From positions 3,168,001 through 3,232,000 of the forward strand of contig OZ244799.1 in NCBI GenBank assembly GCA_965219955.1: 64,000 nucleotides of DNA, in the 5' to 3' direction. The translations under genes and the position numbers were made by a program. The first letter of the stretch is position 1. Each line of letters opens with the position of its first letter. This document shows positions 9,120 to 18,069 of this stretch, in pieces. Origin of the DNA: a bacterium (lineage in GTDB: Bacteria; UBA8248). The notes under the pieces were generated by a model. It ran no database searches and had not been told where the DNA came from. It saw nothing but the letters and a program-made list of their open reading frames with translations.

Positions 9120-10388
9120 ATGAACGTCATGCGGGACGAATCGCGCCTCTGGTACGGCTGGGTGGTTCTGGCCGTGGTCTTTCTCGTCATGATCTCGCTC
9201 ATCGCATTCCGCGCCACCATCGGGCCCTTCTTCAAGGAAATCTCGGGCGAGCTGGGCTGGAGCCGGGGAGCGACGGCGGCGGCTTTTTCCATCGGCATGC
9301 TGGCCCAGGCGCTCGTCTCGCCGCTGGCGGGCATCTTTTCCGATCGCTGGAGCATCCGGGCGTCGATGTCGGCGGGCGTTGTGGTGTTCGGCCTCTCCTT
9401 GCTCATCGGGAGCCAAATCACATCGCTCTGGCATTTTTACCTGATGTACATCGGCCTGTGCGCGGGCTTCGCCGCGAGCACGTGGATCGCCCAGGTGCCC
9501 ACGCTCTCGAACTGGTTCGTGAAAAAACGAGGCCTGGCCTTAGGCATTTCCAACACCTGCCAGGGCGGGGCCTTCTGCCTGAACATCGCTACGCCCTACC
9601 TCATCGCGGCCCTGGGATGGCGGATGAGCTATCTGGCGCTTGCGGGCGTGACGCTGCTCATCGTGCTCCCCGTCTGCATCATTTTTCACAGGGACCACCC
9701 ATCCGAGAAAGGCACCATCGCCGACGCTCCCTTCGTCCGCAACCTCCCGGAAGAAGGAACGCCGAAACCACAGCCTCCATCCGCCGACGAGCCGCCTGTC
9801 TCCATGTACAACCTGCCGTTTTTCTTCTTCCTGGGCTCGTTCCTGCCCATGGCCTACGCCTTCGCGGGCATGCTCGTGCATCTGGTGCCCCACGCCACCG
9901 ACCAGGGTTTCTCGCTCAAGACCGCGAGCGTGCTGTTCGCCATCTGGGGGCTCTGCCAGGTGGCGGCGAACCTCGTAAGCCCGGTCTCGGACCGGCTGGG
10001 ACGGGTGCCGACGTACCTCATCGGCAACGCGCTCGGAATCGCCTCCGCCCTCATTCTCGCCACCTACGAGAAGGGAGACCCGGAGGTCCGCTTCTACATC
10101 GGTACGATAACCAACGGCTTCGCCCTGGGCCTCATACGGCCCACCGGTTCGGCCATCCTCGCGGATTACTTCGAAGGCCCCGGCTTCGGGCGCGTGAACG
10201 GGGTGGCGATGATGGCCTTCGCCCTCTGGGGCTCGGCGGGGCCGTGGACGACGGGCGCATTGTTCGACCTGCACGGCTCCTACCTGTGGGGGCTTTCGGC
10301 CTTCGCGCTCATGTTCTTTCTCTGCGGCTTCTTCGCCGTGTTGCTCGGCTGGACGAAAAGAGATAAGAGAGGGGCATCCCCCGCCTGA
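9120..10388 (+). CDS. MFS transporter, paralogue of the upstream gene
   Basis: WYGWVVL, NWFVKKRGLA, HLVPHATDQG, SDRLGR, GPGFG shared with the upstream MFS. Confidence 0.9.
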   Translation: MNVMRDESRLWYGWVVLAVVFLVMISLIAFRATIGPFFKEISGELGWSRGATAAAFSIGMLAQALVSPLAGIFSDRWSIRASMSAGVVVFGLSLLIGSQITSLWHFYLMYIGLCAGFAASTWIAQVPTLSNWFVKKRGLALGISNTCQGGAFCLNIATPYLIAALGWRMSYLALAGVTLLIVLPVCIIFHRDHPSEKGTIADAPFVRNLPEEGTPKPQPPSADEPPVSMYNLPFFFFLGSFLPMAYAFAGMLVHLVPHATDQGFSLKTASVLFAIWGLCQVAANLVSPVSDRLGRVPTYLIGNALGIASALILATYEKGDPEVRFYIGTITNGFALGLIRPTGSAILADYFEGPGFGRVNGVAMMAFALWGSAGPWTTGALFDLHGSYLWGLSAFALMFFLCGFFAVLLGWTKRDKRGASPA

Positions 10389-10411
10389 ATCATGGAACCA
10401 CGAATTCGAGG

Positions 10412-11323
10412 ATGAGCATGGCCGTAGAAAGAGTCGACGGATTCTATTTTCACCCCACATCGCGCGAGCGCGTCCTGGCGCAGCGCCACGCGGACCCGGC
10501 CAAAACGCCCTGGACGCCGATGGCGAAACCGCTCGCCGAATGCAAGGTCACACTCGTCTCCACGGCCGGCATCTTCATGAAGGACGACGTTTCTTTCGAC
10601 TACGAAAGAGAGCGCCGCGAGGGCACCTGGGGCGACCCCACCCACCGGGAGATCCCCAAAACGGCGGGCCAGGACGACGTAGCGTATTCGCATCTGCACG
10701 TCGACACCTCGTTCATGGCCGAGGACAGGAACGTGGCCTGGCCGGTCGACATTTTCCTCGATTTCGAGAGGGAGGGAAAAATCGGCGCGCTGGCCGATAC
10801 GCTCTACTCCATCATGGGCTACATCCCGAACTTCAACCCGCTGGTGAAGCGCACGGCGCCGCTTATGATCGAGAAGATGAAAAAAGAGGGCGTGGACGCG
10901 GCCTTCCTCTACCCGGTCTGACCGCTCTGCAACCGGTCCGGCGGACTGCTTCAGCGCGAGATCGAAAAGGCGGGTATCCCCACCGTCATCATCTCCAACG
11001 TGCCCGAGACCACCGAGCGCGTCTGTGTGCCGAGAGCCGTCTTCGTCCAATACCCCTTCGGGCGGCAGTTGGGCCTCGTGAGTGACTACGCGGGCCAGCG
11101 AAAGATTTGCGAGGACATGGCCGCATTGCTCGATGAGGCGCAAGCCCCCAACGCCTACCGGCATTTGCCGTATGAGTGGCCAGAGCCGCCCGAGACCACC
11201 AAATGGCGTCCCGACGTTCCCCCGCCCATCTTCTCCGTCCGGCAGGGACAAGAGGGCGGACACAACCTGCTGGACGATTTCAAGGACGAAGAACGCGCCG
11301 CATATACGGACTCGGGGCGTTAG
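10412..11323 (+). CDS. Selenoprotein of the glycine/sarcosine/betaine/D-proline reductase B (GrdB/PrdB) family; UGA at 10919-10921 read as Sec
   Basis: Track ORFs 10412-10921 and 11000-11323 are in the same frame. Read-through gives FLYPV-U-PLCNRSGGLLQREIEKAGIPTV...VPRAV..PFG, the family's UxxC motif. N-terminal KPLAECKVTLVSTAG and DRNVAWPVD also fit. Confidence 0.88.
10923..10958 (+). promoter_or_regulatory. Putative bacterial SECIS hairpin
   Basis: Stem CGGTCC/GGACTG with a GGC loop starting at +19 after UGA; lower stem CGC.CTG.AA / TT.CAG.GCG. Confidence 0.6.
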
Positions 11324-11487
11324 CTGCGCGTTCGAGACACGCCTGCCGCCCTCCGCGCGACGTCTATAACGGGGTTGTAGAAAAGCCTCGCTTCGCTTGA
11401 GATTAACCTTCGCCTTTGCTCGTCATTCTGAGGTCAGACCTGACCAATGCGGGCCTGTTAAAAAAATCCTTGCGGGTCGGGCCAAAT

Positions 11488-11671
11488 CACTCCCCCCTTG
11501 AGGGGGAGTCGAAGAGCTAAGGGCGTAAGCCCGCAAGCGATTCGGTGGGGGGTATAATTCGGACTGGCGATAAAACGCATTTTACCCCCCACCGATTCAG
11601 CCTTCGCACAAATCGCTCGGCTTCATCGTCTGGCTTTCCCCTCGGGAAGCCAGACCCTCAAGGGGGGAGTG
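11488..11671. mobile_element. MITE-like element family A, copy 1
   Basis: Terminal inverted repeats CACTCCCCCCTTGAGGG / CCCTCAAGGGGGGAGTG with a conserved interior; carries an extra hairpin at 11629-11654. Confidence 0.8.
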
Positions 11672-11714
11672 GTTCATTCCGACGCACACGGGGTTTATCA
11701 ACAACCCAATTAAA

Positions 11715-13124
11715 CTACGCCTTCTCCAGCTTGGCGAAGTTGAGATAAAACCGCCCGTCCGCCTCCGCCCGCGAGAGCGTCTGCGCGAAGTCTTTCGATT
11801 CCACCCGGTAGATTCGCTCCTCTCCTCGCGCTCTCGAAAAATTCGTAAGCGCCTCCCCATCGAGGCCTTCGGGAGACTCTTTCCCCATCAGGGAGAGGAT
11901 GGTGGGAGCCAGGTCGATGTTGCCCGTCGGCGCGTCCATCTGCGCGCCCGCCGGGAAGGCGGGGCCTTGCGCAATCAGGAAGTTGCATAACTCATACGGA
12001 CTGCACGAACCGTGCGTTCCGCCGCTTCCCTTGTTGTTGGCCGATGAATACCCCCAGCCCGGGAGCGCGCCCTCGCGGTTCTCGCCTGCCAGGAAACCAT
12101 CGCCCCACTGAAAGCCCATGAGCAAATCCGGCGCGCGGGGTCCGCCGCAACCCGTAAGCCCCAGAGACATCGTACCCGGAAGCGCACCCTCCGCTCCTTC
12201 CCCATTTTTCGAGAACAATGGCCCCGCCCAGTCTTTCGTCCTCAAGAACGAGACCAGTTCCAGAAGTGTTTTATCCGACTCGGCGTAGAAAAGAGCGGCC
12301 CCCTCGCTGTGCGCCGCCTGCCAACTCTCCCCGCGGCCAGGGAGATCGCCAAGTTCCGCTTCCAGGTCGATCATGCCCGCCGTCGCCACGACCCCGTGGT
12401 CCGAGAACAGGAGAAGGTTCGTCTGCCTCCAGTCATCGTGTTCCGCCTGAAACCTCTCCCAAAACGCGCCGAACAGCCTGTCCACTCCTTCGAGCGCTTC
12501 GCGGTGAACCGCGCCTGCGGCGCCCTGGTGATGCTGCGTGCTGTCCGGCTCGCTCAGGTGAACCACGAGCACGGCGGGCGCGAGTTTCGGGATCGCGTAA
12601 TCGAGCGCCAGGTCGAGCGCCCACGCGCAGCGATCCAGATCGGGCTCGCCGGCAGAGGGAATTTCTCCATGTTCCTCGATTTTTTCGCGCTCCCCGGCAG
12701 GATACGCCGCAACGGGGTGAATCAGGCATGCGGCGCGGCTGGCGTTCCAGAGCCAGGCGGAGCCGCTCGACGCCGCGCTGATGATGACGCCGCCCCCGAC
12801 CGCCTCGAAAAAGGTATCCCTTAACAGCAGGCGTCCGCCCATGGCGCGCTGCCAGTCAATGAGATTCTCGTAGCTGCCCGTCGTGATGGTTTCGCCCAGT
12901 TCGCGCGAGAAGAGCGCATTGCCCGGAAGGCCGTGCTTGTCGGGGTAGACGCCGGTGGCGAGGCTCGAGACGCAAACTCTCGTCGAGGTGGGAAACGTGC
13001 TGCGGTGGTTCCGAAACCACGCGCCCCGCTTCGCCGCCGCCAGCAGATTCGGCGTTCTCTCCTCACTCAGGGCGTCCGCGCGCAGACCGTCGAACTGTAT
13101 CGCGATGACGCGAGGCGAGGGCAT
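11715..13124 (-). CDS. Alkaline phosphatase superfamily (nucleotide pyrophosphatase/phosphodiesterase-like) protein
   Basis: FDGLRAD, FPTST (Thr nucleophile), TGVYPDKHG, EPDSTQH, SDHG, THGS, NIDLAPT. Confidence 0.88.
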   Translation of the reverse strand: MPSPRVIAIQFDGLRADALSEERTPNLLAAAKRGAWFRNHRSTFPTSTRVCVSSLATGVYPDKHGLPGNALFSRELGETITTGSYENLIDWQRAMGGRLLLRDTFFEAVGGGVIISAASSGSAWLWNASRAACLIHPVAAYPAGEREKIEEHGEIPSAGEPDLDRCAWALDLALDYAIPKLAPAVLVVHLSEPDSTQHHQGAAGAVHREALEGVDRLFGAFWERFQAEHDDWRQTNLLLFSDHGVVATAGMIDLEAELGDLPGRGESWQAAHSEGAALFYAESDKTLLELVSFLRTKDWAGPLFSKNGEGAEGALPGTMSLGLTGCGGPRAPDLLMGFQWGDGFLAGENREGALPGWGYSSANNKGSGGTHGSCSPYELCNFLIAQGPAFPAGAQMDAPTGNIDLAPTILSLMGKESPEGLDGEALTNFSRARGEERIYRVESKDFAQTLSRAEADGRFYLNFAKLEKA

Positions 13125-13138
13125 TCGTTCTCATCCCG

Positions 13139-13171
13139 AAAAAAAGCGGCGGGAGCTTCCACCCCCGCCGC
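13139..13171 (-). terminator. Intrinsic terminator downstream of the nitrile-hydratase-like genes
   Basis: Minus strand GCGGCGGG..loop..CCCGCCGC followed by a T run. Confidence 0.55.
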
Positions 13172-13172
13172 G

Positions 13173-13326
13173 GGGGTTGTTGAAAAACCCTCATCAATCG
13201 TGTTCGACACGTAGGGGCGGACCTGCGTGTCCGCCCGATCGATCGGACGAGAACACGGAAAAACGGGAGCACACACGGGTGCTCCCCTACGCCCAACTAT
13301 TCAATCAGGGCTTTTTCAACAATCTC
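13173..13326. repeat. Inverted-repeat shell enclosing a GTAG REP doublet (13211-13290)
   Basis: GGGGTTGTTGAAAAA...GGGCTTTTTCAACAATC around GTAGGGGCGGACC...GCTCCCCTAC. Confidence 0.8.
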
Positions 13327-13350
13327 CGCGTGGAGAGATTGAGACTGTGA

Positions 13351-14133
13351 TCAGCTGGCCTGCCCCGACGCCTGCACGGCTTCTTCGAGCTGCTCGGGCG
13401 TCAGGGGGTCGCCCACGCCGATCATCGAATCGCGCGTCACGAGCTGGAAGAGCTGCGCTTCCGTCCAGTCCTCGGTTCCCGCCGGACGCTGGGGGATGAT
13501 GAGATAGCGGCAATCCGCGTTCGAGTCGATGACGATGAGCTCCACGTCGTCGGGCGCATCGAAACCCATGTCCTTCAAGGTGCCCCTCGGGTCCGTCACG
13601 GCTTTCGAGCGATAGGGGAAACTCTTATACCAGGTGGGGGGCTGGCCGAGGATTTGCCTCGGGTAGCACGAGCAAAGCGTGCACACCACCATGTAGCGGG
13701 TCGTGTCGGTATTCTCGAGGGCCACCACGCGGTTGATGCCCGTGGTGTCAACGCCCATCTCGCCGCAGGCGGCGTCCGCGTCCGCCAGGAGCCTCTCCTT
13801 GAAGCCCTCATCCACCCAGGCGCGCGCGATGATGCGCGAACCGATGGCGGGGCTCTGGCCGTAGATCTCCTCCACCGCGCGCCGCATCTCGTCCGTCGTG
13901 AGAAGTCCCTTCTCGCGGAGGACGTTCATCAGCGCCATCATGCGCACCTGGTAGTAGTCCAGATCGTGCTCGACCTGGGCCACGGCTCCTTCGCGGTAGG
14001 CGTCGTCGGACTGCATCCGCGCGTTGTGCGCAGAAGGGTCCTGACTGTAGGTGTGGGGATGGTCGCCGTGGTGGTGAACATGTCCGCCGTTGTGGTGATC
14101 GTGAGAGTGCGCCATGGTGTGCTCCTCGCTCAC
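13351..14133 (-). CDS. Nitrile hydratase alpha / thiocyanate hydrolase gamma subunit (cobalt type)
   Basis: VVCTLCSCYPR metal-binding motif, ARAWVD..FK, RP.GTE.W, VTRDSMIGV; His-rich N-terminus. Confidence 0.92.
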   Translation of the reverse strand: MSEEHTMAHSHDHHNGGHVHHHGDHPHTYSQDPSAHNARMQSDDAYREGAVAQVEHDLDYYQVRMMALMNVLREKGLLTTDEMRRAVEEIYGQSPAIGSRIIARAWVDEGFKERLLADADAACGEMGVDTTGINRVVALENTDTTRYMVVCTLCSCYPRQILGQPPTWYKSFPYRSKAVTDPRGTLKDMGFDAPDDVELIVIDSNADCRYLIIPQRPAGTEDWTEAQLFQLVTRDSMIGVGDPLTPEQLEEAVQASGQAS

Positions 14134-14154
14134 AGGGGAGCCGGCGGATTCGTC

Positions 14155-14442
14155 CTAGACCGGCTCCAGCCAATGTTCATAAATTTCGATATAGAGTTTG
14201 TCCTGTTTTTTGCCCGCCTCGTGATCCCACAGATCGTTGATGTCGAACTCCACCCAGTAGAGTTCCCTGAGCGGCAGGCCGTCGCCGCCGTAAGCGAGAT
14301 TCTCAGGATTCTTGTATTTGCCGAAATATCGGTTGATGACGCCCGTTTTTCCCTTCACGAAATACGTCGTTCGGTGATGACCGTCGGGGTACATCTCCTT
14401 GACGCGCACCCTGTCGCCCATATGGAACCGGGTTTCCTCCAT
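14155..14442 (-). CDS. Nitrile hydratase beta C-terminal SH3-like domain (thiocyanate hydrolase alpha-like)
   Basis: RFHMGDRVRV, GHHRT..FVKGKTG, LY.V.F...DLW, EIYEHWLEP; only 95 aa. Confidence 0.88.
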   Translation of the reverse strand: MEETRFHMGDRVRVKEMYPDGHHRTTYFVKGKTGVINRYFGKYKNPENLAYGGDGLPLRELYWVEFDINDLWDHEAGKKQDKLYIEIYEHWLEPV

Positions 14443-14525
14443 CGGAACATCCCCTTTGCAGTTGAATCGACTCGAACTGGAACACTTGCCTGAATTTTAC
14501 ACCCGGAAGGCGCTTTGTCCAGCCC

Positions 14526-15542
14526 CTATACCGAAAGGCGGTACACGCGCCTGGCGTTGGTCGTGAGGATCATCTCCTGCTCGGATTCGGAGAGACGATT
14601 CAGGCCCGGAATATCCCGCGCGGGCTGGTGATATCCCATGTCCGCCGGATAGTCCGTGCCGTAGAGAATCCGCTCCGCCCCCAGCGTCTTCGCCGCGAAC
14701 TCGAAGCAGTCCGCGTTGTGGATGATGGTGTCGTAATAGAAGCGGCCGAAATACTGTTCGGGGTCTTTCGCACCGTGCATCCTGGGCTCCCTGCGCTCGC
14801 CGTAGCCGTGCTGCCAGCGGCCCCTGATCCAGGGCACGAAGCCGCCCACGTGGGAGAGATAGAACCGAAGCCCCGGGAACCTGTCCATCACGCCGCCGAA
14901 GATAAGGCACGCGACCGCAACTGTGGTGTCGAGCGGGTTGCCGATAAAATTCCTCAGGTAGAAATCCTGGAGGCGGTCGCCTCCGCCCAGCACGTTCGTG
15001 GGATGCACGAACACGGGCATATCGAGCGCCTCCGCCTTCGCCCAGAAGACGTCCAGACCCGGATCGTCGAGGTTCCTGCCCGCCACGTTCGAGGCGATCA
15101 TCACGCCCAGGTGGCCGTTCGCGCACGCGCGTTCGAGTTCCGCCGCCGCGGCTTCGGGCGCCTGGAGGGGAACGGTGGCCATGCAGGAGAATTTGTCGGG
15201 ATACTCCCTCGCCAGCGCGCTCAGGCCGTCGTTCAGCGAGGCGGCCAGTTCCCTGTTCGCCTCCGCCTCGAGCGTATAGAGCGTCATGGCGGGGCCGATG
15301 GAGAGCACCTGGTGCGCGACGCCCATCCGCTCCATGTCGGCGAAGCGGGGTTCCAACTCATAGTAAAGAGGCGTGAGCTTGTTCCTGAGTTCCGAGTCGC
15401 GCCCCAGAACCTTTCCGCGCGTGATGAGCCACTCGCCGTGCTCGTCGGCCTCTATCGACGCCGTGCGTCCGAAGCGGCCCGCGCGCACGTCCGCAATGAA
15501 CTGCTCGGGATAGATATGGGTGTGGGGATCGATCGCCGCCAT
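14526..15542 (-). CDS. Amidohydrolase_2 family (ACMSD-like decarboxylase/hydratase)
   Basis: IDPHTH, FVHP, GNPLDTT, SHVGG, YYDT, GTDYP. Confidence 0.88.
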   Translation of the reverse strand: MAAIDPHTHIYPEQFIADVRAGRFGRTASIEADEHGEWLITRGKVLGRDSELRNKLTPLYYELEPRFADMERMGVAHQVLSIGPAMTLYTLEAEANRELAASLNDGLSALAREYPDKFSCMATVPLQAPEAAAAELERACANGHLGVMIASNVAGRNLDDPGLDVFWAKAEALDMPVFVHPTNVLGGGDRLQDFYLRNFIGNPLDTTVAVACLIFGGVMDRFPGLRFYLSHVGGFVPWIRGRWQHGYGERREPRMHGAKDPEQYFGRFYYDTIIHNADCFEFAAKTLGAERILYGTDYPADMGYHQPARDIPGLNRLSESEQEMILTTNARRVYRLSV

Positions 15543-15621
15543 ATTCTTCTCTTATCTATAAAGGGAGGAGGCCCTCCCGGGCCCCCTCGCCGAAACTATC
15601 GAGCGTTTCGTCGCCGAAGCC

Positions 15622-16638
15622 TTACACGTCCAGCTTGTAGAGCTTCTTCACGTTCCCGTAGAGCATCTGTTCCTGCTCTTCCGCCGAGAAGCGCGAAAGG
15701 CCGGGAATCTCCTTCGCCCCGGCCAGATAGCCCATGTCGAAGGGATAGTCCGTACCGTAGAGAATCCTGTCCACGCCGAGCGTTTTCACGGCGAACTCGA
15801 ACGAATCCGCGTTGTGGATGATGGTGTCGTAATAAATCTTGCCGAAATACTGCTCGGGGTCCTTCGCGCCGTGCACCTTGGGCTCCCTGCGTTCGCCGTA
15901 GCCGTGCTGCCAGCGGCCCCGGATCCAGGGCACGAAGCCGCCCACGTGCGAAACCAGGAACTTGATGTTCGGGAAGCGGTCGAACACGCCGCCGAAGATG
16001 AGGCAGGCGATGGATATCGTCGTGTCCAGCGGGTTGCCGATGAAGTTTCTCAGGTAATAGTCCTTGAGCCTGTCGTTGACGCCCATGACGTCCACCGGGT
16101 GAATGAAGATCGGCACGTCGTGCTCGCACGCCTTGGCCCAGACAGCGTCGAGCGCCGGGTCGTCCAGGTTCTTGCCCGCGACGTTCGAGCCGATCTGGCA
16201 GCCAAGATGGCCGTTTTTCACCGCGCGGTCGAGTTCGGCCGCCGCGGCTTCGGGGTCCTGGAGCGGAATCTGCGCCATGCACAGGAAGCGCTCGGGATGC
16301 TCTTTCGTGAGCGCGGTGAGCGCGTCGTTCAGCGACGCGGAGAGTTCCCTGTTCAGCCCTGCGTCGAGCGCGTAGTGCGTCATGGGCGGAACGACGGAGA
16401 GAATCTGTATGTCCACGTTCTGGTTGTTGTCCATGTCGCTCAGGCGCATCTCGACGTCATAGGTTTCCTTCGGCAGCGGGTTCTTGTGAATCCGCTCCTC
16501 ACCGAGCACGGTGTTTTTCGTAACGAGTTGTTCCCAAGGGTCGCCCGCCTCGATGGTGACGGCGTCGCCGAAACGGCCCTGGCGTACGTCTTCGATGAAA
16601 CTCTCGGGAGCGATGTGGGCATGGGGGTCGATGATCAC
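15622..16638 (-). CDS. Amidohydrolase_2 family (ACMSD-like), tandem paralogue
   Basis: IDPHAH, FIHP, GNPLDTT, SHVGG, GTDYPFDMG; same length (338 aa) as its neighbour. Confidence 0.88.
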   Translation of the reverse strand: MIIDPHAHIAPESFIEDVRQGRFGDAVTIEAGDPWEQLVTKNTVLGEERIHKNPLPKETYDVEMRLSDMDNNQNVDIQILSVVPPMTHYALDAGLNRELSASLNDALTALTKEHPERFLCMAQIPLQDPEAAAAELDRAVKNGHLGCQIGSNVAGKNLDDPALDAVWAKACEHDVPIFIHPVDVMGVNDRLKDYYLRNFIGNPLDTTISIACLIFGGVFDRFPNIKFLVSHVGGFVPWIRGRWQHGYGERREPKVHGAKDPEQYFGKIYYDTIIHNADSFEFAVKTLGVDRILYGTDYPFDMGYLAGAKEIPGLSRFSAEEQEQMLYGNVKKLYKLDV

Positions 16639-16836
16639 CTGGACTTCTCCTTATCGGTACGTGGATGAGGTAAAACCTAATTTCGCTCAGAAATAGATTC
16701 TCGGAATTTTCGAGGGCCGATTATGCACACTTTGCCGCCGCCGCGCCAGAGCGCGCGGCCATCGACTCGATTGTTATAAAGCGTAAACGAGACGACGCGC
16801 ATCCCGGTCAGCGGAAGCGCTACGGTCCAAGCCTTA

Positions 16837-18069
16837 TTAAAACGCCTTGTCGATCACGATGCGCACGTTCTTCTCCCCCACTCTTACCGGCTGGGCCGTG
16901 CGGCCCTCGAGATCGCCCGCGCTTGCTGGTCCCGCCGAGCCGTCCGCGTCGAGGCGGGCCGAGAGCGAAACCATCCCCTCGAACGGGACGCCGGGGATCA
17001 TCACGTTCCGCTTCGATATCTCGAACGCCAGCGGGAAGCGGGGGCTCGCCACCCGCACGACCGCCAGCGGAGGACCTCCGCCGCCCTTGCGCGCGATCAG
17101 GAACAAGACGGGCTTGCCCCGTGCCTTGGCCTGCAAGTCGGAGGCAATCTCTATCGTGCCCGAAATCACATCTCCCGCCCCTTGCGTAGGTGCGGGCTGT
17201 TGCGCCGCTGCGCCCTTCGCCTCCTGCGAGAGAACGATCTCCACGCCGCGCGCGCCCACCTGCACCGGCCCGCGCGCGCCGCCGAAAATATCGCCCGGCT
17301 GCGTCCCGACTTTCCCGTCGGCGTCCAGCTTGGCGATGAGGCTGACCTCACCCGCGAACGCCATCCCCTGCATCATCACGTTCTGCTCGCCCATGGTGAA
17401 CTCCAGGGGAAAGCGGGGGTTGAGTATCCGCATGACCGCAAGCGGCGGGCCGGGCTGTTTCCCGCGCGCGATGATGAAAATCGCCGCTTTCCCCTTCGCT
17501 TTTTCCGCAAGGGCTGGCGCGACTCGAACCACGCCGCGAATCGTTTTGCCCCCTTCCGCCGCCGGTGGAGGCGTCTTTGGTGGCGGAGCGGGCTTCGGGG
17601 GGGATTTCTTCGCCATCTTCGGTGGAGGCGCGGTTCCGATCCGGTCGATCACCACGTCCACGTTCTTGGCTCCCACGGCGACCAGGCCCGACGCCCTCCC
17701 CTCGAAATCACCCTTGACCAGCGGCCCCGGAACGCCGTCCGCATCGAGGCGGGCGCGCACGCGGACGCGGCCTGCGAACTTCTGCCCGCGAATCATCATG
17801 TCGTCTTTCGTGATGACGTATCGGTAGGGAAAGCGCGTCTCCACCAGGCGCTGCACGGCCAGCGGCGGGCCGCCTCCCTCGCGCTCCAGAATGATGAAGA
17901 GCGTGCGCGTGCGCCACGCCTTCACGGGAAGATTCGCGCTCATCCGGATAACGCCCGAGACGGAATCTTTCGGTGGGCCGAGTTCAGGCAGCAGATCGCA
18001 GCCGCCCAGAATCAGAGAGAAACAAACCACCGCGAGGGCGGCGCAAGATTTTTCGAATATGCGCTTCAT
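16837..18069 (-). CDS. Lipoprotein with three CcmI/CycH C-terminal-like domains
   Basis: Lipobox LGGC; three repeats of LFII.R..GPPLAV.R....RFP...ARLDADG...GD..G; Pro-rich linker. Confidence 0.7.
   Translation of the reverse strand: MKRIFEKSCAALAVVCFSLILGGCDLLPELGPPKDSVSGVIRMSANLPVKAWRTRTLFIILEREGGGPPLAVQRLVETRFPYRYVITKDDMMIRGQKFAGRVRVRARLDADGVPGPLVKGDFEGRASGLVAVGAKNVDVVIDRIGTAPPPKMAKKSPPKPAPPPKTPPPAAEGGKTIRGVVRVAPALAEKAKGKAAIFIIARGKQPGPPLAVMRILNPRFPLEFTMGEQNVMMQGMAFAGEVSLIAKLDADGKVGTQPGDIFGGARGPVQVGARGVEIVLSQEAKGAAAQQPAPTQGAGDVISGTIEIASDLQAKARGKPVLFLIARKGGGGPPLAVVRVASPRFPLAFEISKRNVMIPGVPFEGMVSLSARLDADGSAGPASAGDLEGRTAQPVRVGEKNVRIVIDKAF

Noticed and set aside
10919-10921. UGA codons (also 50300) as nonsense mutations or a reassigned genetic code
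   Set aside because: Both fall at redox-motif Cys positions with downstream hairpins, while UGA ends many other genes in the window normally.
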